Source: an uncultured Porphyromonadaceae bacterium (GTDB taxonomy: Bacteria > Bacteroidota > Bacteroidia > Bacteroidales > Muribaculaceae). From it: a stretch of 64,000 nucleotides of DNA. How positions within the stretch are numbered: the stretch's first letter is position 1; each line of letters begins with the position of its first letter. Of this stretch, positions 58,145-64,000 are shown in pieces. The stretch lies in the NCBI GenBank assembly GCA_947175215.1, contig CAMWLR010000001.1, positions 6,199 through 70,198 on the forward strand, read 5' to 3'. The position numbers and the translations under genes are program-made. The notes under the pieces were generated by a model. It was not told the DNA's origin. It saw only the letters and a list, made by a program, of their open reading frames with translations, and did no database searches.

Positions 58145-59212
58145 ATGATAAAGCTCAAATATCTGCCGCTGCTCGGGGCAATGTTCCTGACAGCATGCTC
58201 GGCCTCTGCCGGCAATGACACGTATAATGTCAAAGTTAACGTACCGGCGAGCGCCAACGGCCAGACAGCATTTCTGGTCAATTTTGACACATCAGACAAG
58301 ATCGACTCGGCGATGGTCGAGAACGGTGTGGCCCTATTCAAGGGGACGACCGACCAACCGGTTGTGGCCCGCGTCATCATCAACGGCAACCGCATGGGTA
58401 ACTTCATCCTCGAGAAAGGTAACATCACCGTCGACCGTCAGGGCAATGTCAAAGGCGGCGAACTCAACGCCAGCGTCGACAAGGCTATGAGCGGCATCGA
58501 CCGCATCATGGCCAAAGCCCAGGCCCTACCCCAGGATTCATCATATCCTGCCAAGATGGCGATCCTGCAGAACGAGTATAACAGTTATCTCGACTCGGTC
58601 ATCGCTGCCAACCAGGATAACGTCATCGGTTATATCTTCTTTATCGACCGCGCGTCTGACTATGACCTCGACCAATATAACAAGATGCTCGAGCTCTATC
58701 CGCAGATGCAAAAATACACCCGCACGCAAAAGATGCTTGACGCTCTCAAGAAAAAAGCTATGACACAGCCGGGCAACAAGTTTGTCGACTTCACTATCAC
58801 CAACGACTCTATCTCACAGAGCCTCTCAGACTATGTCGGCAACGGCCGTTATACATTAGTTGATTTCTGGGCAAGCTGGTGCGGCCCATGCATCCGCGAG
58901 ACAAAGGTACTCAAACGTATCCGCGAGGAGTTTAAGGATCAACCCCTCGACATCCTCGGCGTAGCCGTGTGGGACGAACCCGCCAACACCGAGGCGGCCA
59001 TCAAGCGCCACGATCTCCCCTGGCCGCAGATAATCAACGCCCAGTCAGTGCCCACCGACCTCTACGGTATCTCGGCTATCCCCTGCATCATCCTATTTGG
59101 TCCTGACGGCACCATCATATCGCGAGACCTGCAGGGCGAAGCCCTCGTCGAGTCGGTACGCGCCGCAATCAACCCCGCCACCGACCCCGCAGCCATCCAC
59201 TCCGCCGAGTAA
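58145..59212 (+). CDS. TlpA-family thiol-disulfide oxidoreductase lipoprotein (DUF4369-like N-domain plus thioredoxin)
   Basis: Lipobox LTAC; LVDFWASWCGPC; LPWPQ; YGISAIP..ILFGPDG.I. Confidence 0.9.
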   Translation: MIKLKYLPLLGAMFLTACSASAGNDTYNVKVNVPASANGQTAFLVNFDTSDKIDSAMVENGVALFKGTTDQPVVARVIINGNRMGNFILEKGNITVDRQGNVKGGELNASVDKAMSGIDRIMAKAQALPQDSSYPAKMAILQNEYNSYLDSVIAANQDNVIGYIFFIDRASDYDLDQYNKMLELYPQMQKYTRTQKMLDALKKKAMTQPGNKFVDFTITNDSISQSLSDYVGNGRYTLVDFWASWCGPCIRETKVLKRIREEFKDQPLDILGVAVWDEPANTEAAIKRHDLPWPQIINAQSVPTDLYGISAIPCIILFGPDGTIISRDLQGEALVESVRAAINPATDPAAIHSAE

Positions 59213-59216
59213 TCTC

Positions 59217-59289
59217 CTCTCACCTTAAAATAATATCGGGGTTGCACCATCAAACATGGTGCAACCCCGATATTATTTTAAGGTGAGAG
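59217..59289. repeat. 34-bp perfect inverted repeat with 5-nt loop between convergent genes (likely bidirectional terminator)
   Basis: CTCTCACCTTAAAATAATATCGGGGTTGCACCAT-caaac-ATGGTGCAACCCCGATATTATTTTAAGGTGAGAG. Confidence 0.9.
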
Positions 59290-59296
59290 ACGGTGA

Positions 59297-59725
59297 TTAA
59301 CGTCTCAGTAGTAATGTGATTAGTAGGGGGGACACGGCCGCGCCTGAAAATGCGCCGGCGGCATCAGCCACGAAATCCATCAGTTCGCAACCGCGGCCGA
59401 GATTCATCGCCGCCTGTAACAGCTCGATCAGCCCGCCAAAGAGGGTGGCGGCCACGGCAATCAGCAGCAACGGTCGGCGACCGCGGTCGCGCGGCATACG
59501 GCGCGTCTGCTCATAGAGCCGTTGTTTATAGAGTTCTTTATCGAGCGCAAGGGTGAAGGCAAGAGTGCCGAACATCAGGGCGTGCACGATTTTATCAGCC
59601 CCGGGGAACAACGATATATCATTGTCGGGCAGCGGATGAGGGGCAAGCGTAAGCCAAAGTATAGCGATGATAACGATTGACGAAAGGATGCCGGGAGAGA
59701 GTCTTATGAGATATTTTTGCATCAT
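59297..59725 (-). CDS. VanZ-like family membrane protein
   Basis: ADKIVHALMFG, GGLIELLQ...GR..E.MDF.AD. Confidence 0.85.
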   Translation of the reverse strand: MMQKYLIRLSPGILSSIVIIAILWLTLAPHPLPDNDISLFPGADKIVHALMFGTLAFTLALDKELYKQRLYEQTRRMPRDRGRRPLLLIAVAATLFGGLIELLQAAMNLGRGCELMDFVADAAGAFSGAAVSPLLITLLLRR

Positions 59726-59750
59726 AGGCGGTCAAGTCTTTCTTGTGATG

Positions 59751-59758
59751 CAAAATTA
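59751..59758 (-). promoter_or_regulatory. -7 box (TAATTTTG) for the VanZ-like gene
   Basis: Exact TAnnTTTG 25 nt upstream of the start. Confidence 0.5.
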
Positions 59759-59871
59759 TACATTCCCCGTCAATCCGCCAAATCAAACGCCCCGCAGTAT
59801 GGTTAAAAATTATGTCATTAAACATAAAAATTTTTAAGGCTGTTTGAGTCAGTTTTTCAGCGATTTTTCGG

Positions 59872-59879
59872 TATATTTG
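59872..59879 (+). promoter_or_regulatory. -7 box (TATATTTG) for ald
   Basis: Exact TAnnTTTG 48 nt upstream of the ATG at 59928. Confidence 0.55.
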
Positions 59880-59927
59880 CAAAATCCAACACTTACACCA
59901 AATATTAACCGAAAATTCTCAATTACC

Positions 59928-61034
59928 ATGATTATCGGAGTACCCAAAGAGATCAAAAACAACGAGAACCGTGTAGCCGTCACACCGGCCGGGGTCAAAG
60001 AACTCGTCACCCGCGGACATAAAGTATATGTGCAGCACACAGCCGGCATCGGATCGGGGTTCTCTGACGAACTCTACACCAAGGCCGGAGCTGAGATACT
60101 CCCCGCCATTGAGGATGTCTATGCAATCGCCGAGATGATCATCAAGGTCAAGGAGCCTATCAAGCAGGAGTATCCGCTGATCCGCCGCGACCAGGTGGTG
60201 TTCACCTACTTCCACTTCGCTTCTGACCGCGAACTCACTGAGGCTATGATACGCTCGGGGGCAGTCTGCATCGCCTACGAGACAGTCGAGTTGCCCAACC
60301 GCCAGCTCCCTCTCTTGATACCCATGAGTGAAGTTGCCGGCCGTATGTCGATACAAGAGGGTGCCCGATTCCTTGAGAAACCACAGGGAGGTATGGGTAT
60401 ACTGCTCGGCGGTGTCCCCGGTGTCAAGCCCGCCAAAGTGCTGATCATCGGCGCCGGAGTCGTTGGTCGCAACGCAGCCCTGATGGCCGCCGGTCTGGGC
60501 GCCGATGTCACTATCACCGACATCTCGCTCCCCACCCTGCGCCACATCGCCGAGGTGATGCCCCGCAACGTCAAGACCCTCTACTCTTCACGCCATAATA
60601 TCGAGTCTGAGCTGCCCGACACTGACCTTGTCATCGGGTCGGTGCTGATCCCCGGTGCCAAAGCCCCCAAACTCGTCACCCGTGATATGCTATCGCTTAT
60701 GCGTCCCGGCTCACTCATTGTCGATGTGGCCATCGACCAGGGCGGTTGCTTCGAGACCTCTACCCCGACAACCCACTCTAACCCCACATACTCGATCGAC
60801 GGCATCATCCACTATGCCGTGGCCAACATCCCCGGCGCAGTGCCCCGCACATCTACACTCGCCCTTACCAACGCCACACTCCCCTACGCCCTGTGTCTTG
60901 CCGACAAGGGGTGGCGTCAGGCATGCAAAGAGGATCACGCTCTGGCCCTGGGTGTCAATATCGTCGAGGGTAAAGTGGTATTCCCTGCCGTAGCCGAAGC
61001 ATGGGATCTCCCCTGTCATGAGCTGAAGCTCTGA
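59928..61034 (+). CDS. ald: Alanine dehydrogenase
   Basis: MIIGVPKEIKNNENRV, IKVKEP, LPLLIPMSEVAGR, GAGVVG, DVAIDQGGCFETS, ANIPGAVPRTST. Start reset to 59928. Confidence 0.96.
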   Translation: MIIGVPKEIKNNENRVAVTPAGVKELVTRGHKVYVQHTAGIGSGFSDELYTKAGAEILPAIEDVYAIAEMIIKVKEPIKQEYPLIRRDQVVFTYFHFASDRELTEAMIRSGAVCIAYETVELPNRQLPLLIPMSEVAGRMSIQEGARFLEKPQGGMGILLGGVPGVKPAKVLIIGAGVVGRNAALMAAGLGADVTITDISLPTLRHIAEVMPRNVKTLYSSRHNIESELPDTDLVIGSVLIPGAKAPKLVTRDMLSLMRPGSLIVDVAIDQGGCFETSTPTTHSNPTYSIDGIIHYAVANIPGAVPRTSTLALTNATLPYALCLADKGWRQACKEDHALALGVNIVEGKVVFPAVAEAWDLPCHELKL

Positions 61035-61102
61035 GTCGGCTGAGACTCTGAGATTAAGTTGACACTCTGATTTTACTGTCTCTAATCCGTTTCATAATTC
61101 GC

Positions 61103-61142
61103 GGGTCGCGCTCATCGGCTATATGGCTGGTGATCGCGACCC
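61103..61142 (+). other. GC-rich 16-bp hairpin downstream of ald (3' stem-loop, no U-tract)
   Basis: GGGTCGCG / CGCGACCC plus an inner TCATCGGC / GCTGGTGA stem with two G-U pairs on the + strand. Confidence 0.55.
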
Positions 61143-61270
61143 ATTCGATACCATCACTTAACTCCTAATAAAATATACATACGGCGATAGCACACAGAGC
61201 AGAGAATCAGCATTTTCAAAGTTTTTAAGAAATTTTTCGCAAAAAACCGCGGCGTTTGGAAATAAATCAG

Positions 61271-61278
61271 TATATTTG
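61271..61278 (+). promoter_or_regulatory. -7 box (TATATTTG) for ilvE
   Basis: Exact TAnnTTTG 38 nt upstream of the ATG. Confidence 0.55.
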
Positions 61279-61316
61279 CCAAATCAAAGCATAAACTAAC
61301 AAGCAGATCACTGACT

Positions 61317-62345
61317 ATGAAGCATTCCGATATTGATTGGTCTACTCTCGGCTTTGGATATGTGCCGACAGACTATAATGTACGTTGCTATTATCGCGAC
61401 GGCAAATGGGGCGAAATCGAAATCTCCTCATCAGAGACCATAGAAATGCACATTGCCGCCACCGCCCTGCATTACGGGCAGGAGATCTTCGAGGGGCTAA
61501 AGGCCTTTAGAGGTAAAGACGGCAAGGTCAGGGTGTTCAGACCCGAGGAAAACGCACGCCGCATCCGCGAGTCAGCGCGCGGTCTCAAGATGGCCGAGAT
61601 CCCCGAATCACTCTTCCTCGAGATGATGCGCAAGGTCATCGCCCTCAACGAGCGCTTTATACCCCCTTACGGCAGCGGCGCATCGCTCTATATCCGCCCG
61701 CTTGAGATAGGCATGACAGCCCAGGTCGGTGTCAAACCCGCCCGCGAATACTGCTTCATCATGCTCGTCACCCCGGTCGGCCCCTACTTCAAAGAGGGTT
61801 TCAAGCCCACCAACATCTGCATCATGCGTGAGTATGACCGCGTGGCACCCCGCGGCACCGGCCGCTGGAAAGTCGGCGGCAACTACGCCGCCAGCCTCGG
61901 CGCAGGTGAGAAAGCTCACGAACTCGGCTACTCGGCCGTGCTTTATCTCGACCCCAAAGATAAACTCTATCTTGACGAGTGCGGCCCCGCCAACTTCTAT
62001 GCCATCAAGGACGGCAAATATATCACCCCTCAGTCAGACTCTATCCTCCCCTCGATCACCAACGAGTCACTCATGCAGCTGGCCAAAGACTTCGGCATGG
62101 AGGTCGAGCGCCGTCACATCACCGTCGACGAGATACCCGACTTTGAGGAGGCAGCCGCCTGCGGCACCGCCGCCGTCACCTCACCCGTGGGTGAGATCCA
62201 CGACCTCGACAATGACATCAAATATGTCATCGCCAAGGACAACAAGCCCGGCCCGATCACCACACGCTTCTATGAGACCCTGAGCGCCATCCGCCTGGGT
62301 GAGATAGAGGATATCCACGGCTGGAACATGGTGCTCGATCTCTGA
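61317..62345 (+). CDS. ilvE: Branched-chain amino acid aminotransferase
   Basis: LHYGQEIFEGLKAF, LYIRP, KVGGNYAA (PLP Lys), ECGPANF, ILPSIT, CGTAAV. Confidence 0.95.
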   Translation: MKHSDIDWSTLGFGYVPTDYNVRCYYRDGKWGEIEISSSETIEMHIAATALHYGQEIFEGLKAFRGKDGKVRVFRPEENARRIRESARGLKMAEIPESLFLEMMRKVIALNERFIPPYGSGASLYIRPLEIGMTAQVGVKPAREYCFIMLVTPVGPYFKEGFKPTNICIMREYDRVAPRGTGRWKVGGNYAASLGAGEKAHELGYSAVLYLDPKDKLYLDECGPANFYAIKDGKYITPQSDSILPSITNESLMQLAKDFGMEVERRHITVDEIPDFEEAAACGTAAVTSPVGEIHDLDNDIKYVIAKDNKPGPITTRFYETLSAIRLGEIEDIHGWNMVLDL

Positions 62346-62935
62346 TGACACTGATGACCGATTACATGACAATCATCGACAAATATTATCCCGAGGGGTC
62401 ATCCCTTCGGGATATATATTTGCGCCATTGCCGACAGGTCGCCGACAAGGCCCTGAGCATCGCGCGTCAACTTCGCTCCGGCGACCCCACCATCCCCTCT
62501 GATGAGCAGATTGAGACGGCCGCCATGCTGCACGACATAGGCATATTCCTCTGTGATGCCCCCTCGATCGAGTGTCGCGGCACCGAGCATTATATCCGTC
62601 ACGGAATGCTCGGCGCAGACCTGCTGCGCCACGAAGGTGTAGACGAGATATATACCCGCGTCGCCGAGCGCCACACCGGGTCGGGGCTGACACGCGAGGA
62701 GATAATCGCCGACGACCTGCCGCTGCCGCTCGACCGTTGTTTCACCCCCGAGACAACACTCGAGCAACTGATATGCTACGCCGACAAGTTCTACTCAAAG
62801 TCGGGCGATATGGCCGAGAAATCCCTCCCCAAAGTAATGGTCTCGATGGCCCGCTTCGGGCCTGAATCTTTCGGCCGGTTCAACGCCCTGCACCGGCGGT
62901 TCACCCCCGCGCAAGCCGATAATTCAGCAAAATAA
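62345..62935 (+). CDS. HD/HDIG-domain phosphohydrolase
   Basis: H..QVA, AMLHDIG, HG..GA..L, ERHTG.G, ICYADKF; start overlaps the ilvE stop (TGATG). Confidence 0.85.
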   Translation: MTLMTDYMTIIDKYYPEGSSLRDIYLRHCRQVADKALSIARQLRSGDPTIPSDEQIETAAMLHDIGIFLCDAPSIECRGTEHYIRHGMLGADLLRHEGVDEIYTRVAERHTGSGLTREEIIADDLPLPLDRCFTPETTLEQLICYADKFYSKSGDMAEKSLPKVMVSMARFGPESFGRFNALHRRFTPAQADNSAK

Positions 62936-62971
62936 AGTTAATTTATTTTAATAATGCTCCCGAGCAACGCT

Positions 62972-63008
62972 CCGCGCCCTTATGCCGTTTGGCAGAGCGC
63001 GGTTTTTT
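62972..63008 (+). terminator. Intrinsic terminator after the ilvE-HD operon
   Basis: CCGCGC..TGCC-gttt-GGCA..GCGCGG stem followed by TTTTTT. Confidence 0.7.
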
Positions 63009-63021
63009 CATTAATATTGCG

Positions 63022-63029
63022 TAAATTTG
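63022..63029 (+). promoter_or_regulatory. -7 box (TAAATTTG) upstream of the recJ leader
   Basis: Exact TAnnTTTG just after the terminator, about 205 nt before the recJ ATG. Confidence 0.55.
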
Positions 63030-63233
63030 CAGTGAAAGTTTCCCTCTCCTGTCAATTTTTTATGCACACGCGAGGCTGATGCTCTCTCCCGGGCTACATC
63101 AGACCGTCCGCGCCCCTCAGACAGGGCAACCGCGTGCATCCCCACCCTCTCCCCGGCGGGACAATCTTCCGGCCCACACAAGGCGGCCGATAGAGTCCCG
63201 GCCATTAGCTCCGCTAATAAAAAAATAACATAA

Positions 63234-64000
63234 ATGACAGGTAAATGGAATTATTTACCCCTGACACAAGAAGAACAGCGCATCGAGACAGAGCTTGCCA
63301 AACGCTACGCCTCGGTCCCCCCTGTGAGCCAGTTGCTGGTCGAGCGAGGGATTACTTCAGTGGACGAAGCTGAACGCTTCTTCCATCCCCAGCTGAAGAA
63401 TCTCCACGACCCGTTTCTGATGCCCGACATGGACAAGGCTGTCGAGAGGCTCAACCGAGCCATGGGGTCTAAGGAGAAGATAATGGTATACGGCGACTAT
63501 GATGTCGACGGCACTACGGCCGTTGCACTGGTCTATAAGTATCTCCAGAACTTCTACTCTAACATCGATTACTTTATCCCTACCCGCTATGAAGAGGGGT
63601 ATGGGATCTCATCCGAGACAATCGACGAGTTCGCCCAATCGGGCGTCAAACTTGTCATCATCCTCGATTGCGGCATAAAAGCCAACGTCGAGATCGCCCA
63701 TGCCAAAGAGCACGGCATAGACTTCATCATCTGTGACCACCACGTCCCCGACGAGGAGTTGCCGGCTGCGGCTGCCATCCTCAACCCCAAGATGCCGGGA
63801 TCAACATACCCGTGCCCCCATCTCTCGGGTTGCGGCGTGGGGTATAAACTGATGCAGGCATTCTCGATCAGCAACGGCATCCCGCAGACCGACCTCGAGG
63901 GGATGCTCGACCTGGTGGCCGTCTCCATCGCCGCTGACATCGTGCCGATGGTCGACGAAAACCGCATTATGACCTACTGGGGATTGCGCCGCCTCAACAC
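63234..64000 (+). CDS. recJ: ssDNA exonuclease RecJ (5' part, runs off the window end; absent from the ORF track)
   Basis: My translation from the ATG at 63234: MTGKWNYLPL...DPFLMPDMDKAVERL...VYGDYDVDGTT...RYEEGYG...LDCG...ICDHH...NPK...LSGCGVGYK. Confidence 0.93.
   Translation, partial: MTGKWNYLPLTQEEQRIETELAKRYASVPPVSQLLVERGITSVDEAERFFHPQLKNLHDPFLMPDMDKAVERLNRAMGSKEKIMVYGDYDVDGTTAVALVYKYLQNFYSNIDYFIPTRYEEGYGISSETIDEFAQSGVKLVIILDCGIKANVEIAHAKEHGIDFIICDHHVPDEELPAAAAILNPKMPGSTYPCPHLSGCGVGYKLMQAFSISNGIPQTDLEGMLDLVAVSIAADIVPMVDENRIMTYWGLRRLN

Noticed and set aside
11988-63154. Recurring C/T tracts (CCCTCTCCCC-like at about 11990, 33892-33929, 63145-63154) and AACCG-like words before several start codons
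   Set aside because: Low complexity, variable spacing and no complementary partner arm. I cannot distinguish them from compositional bias without genome-wide statistics.

Overview
A 64-kb stretch of core chromosome from a Bacteroidales bacterium. Gene content and TAnnTTTG promoters point to Bacteroidetes, and a Muribaculaceae-like lineage is my inference. Left to right: (1) a minus-strand bioenergetic cluster in which the whole F1Fo ATP synthase operon (atpD-C-B-E-F-H-A-G) sits inside the complex I operon (nuoA-B-CD-H | atp | nuoI); (2) a stand-alone two-gene McrBC-type restriction module whose McrB has a long N-terminal region I do not recognise; (3) an ECF sigma / putative anti-sigma / Spy-like / alpha-2-macroglobulin / GHL10 hydrolase / ribD run; (4) a TonB-dependent receptor with a lipoprotein, then a partial nonulosonic-acid cluster (neuC, neuA, CBS-nucleotidyltransferase), obgE, a tail-less ssb, OPT and MATE transporters; (5) housekeeping genes (wzx-like flippase, dusB, M16 peptidase, ispG, purE, rpoN, rnr, gyrB, GT-C-like membrane protein, waaA, gltX, acyl-CoA ligase, TlpA, VanZ, ald, ilvE, HD protein, 5' part of recJ). 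I found no tRNA, rRNA, CRISPR array, integrase or transposase. The best leads are the nested nuo/atp operon, the McrB N-terminal domains and several structured non-coding segments (nuoA leader, atpE-atpF spacer, a 34-bp perfect inverted repeat, recJ leader). All hairpins and motifs were read by eye; no folding or database searches were run.
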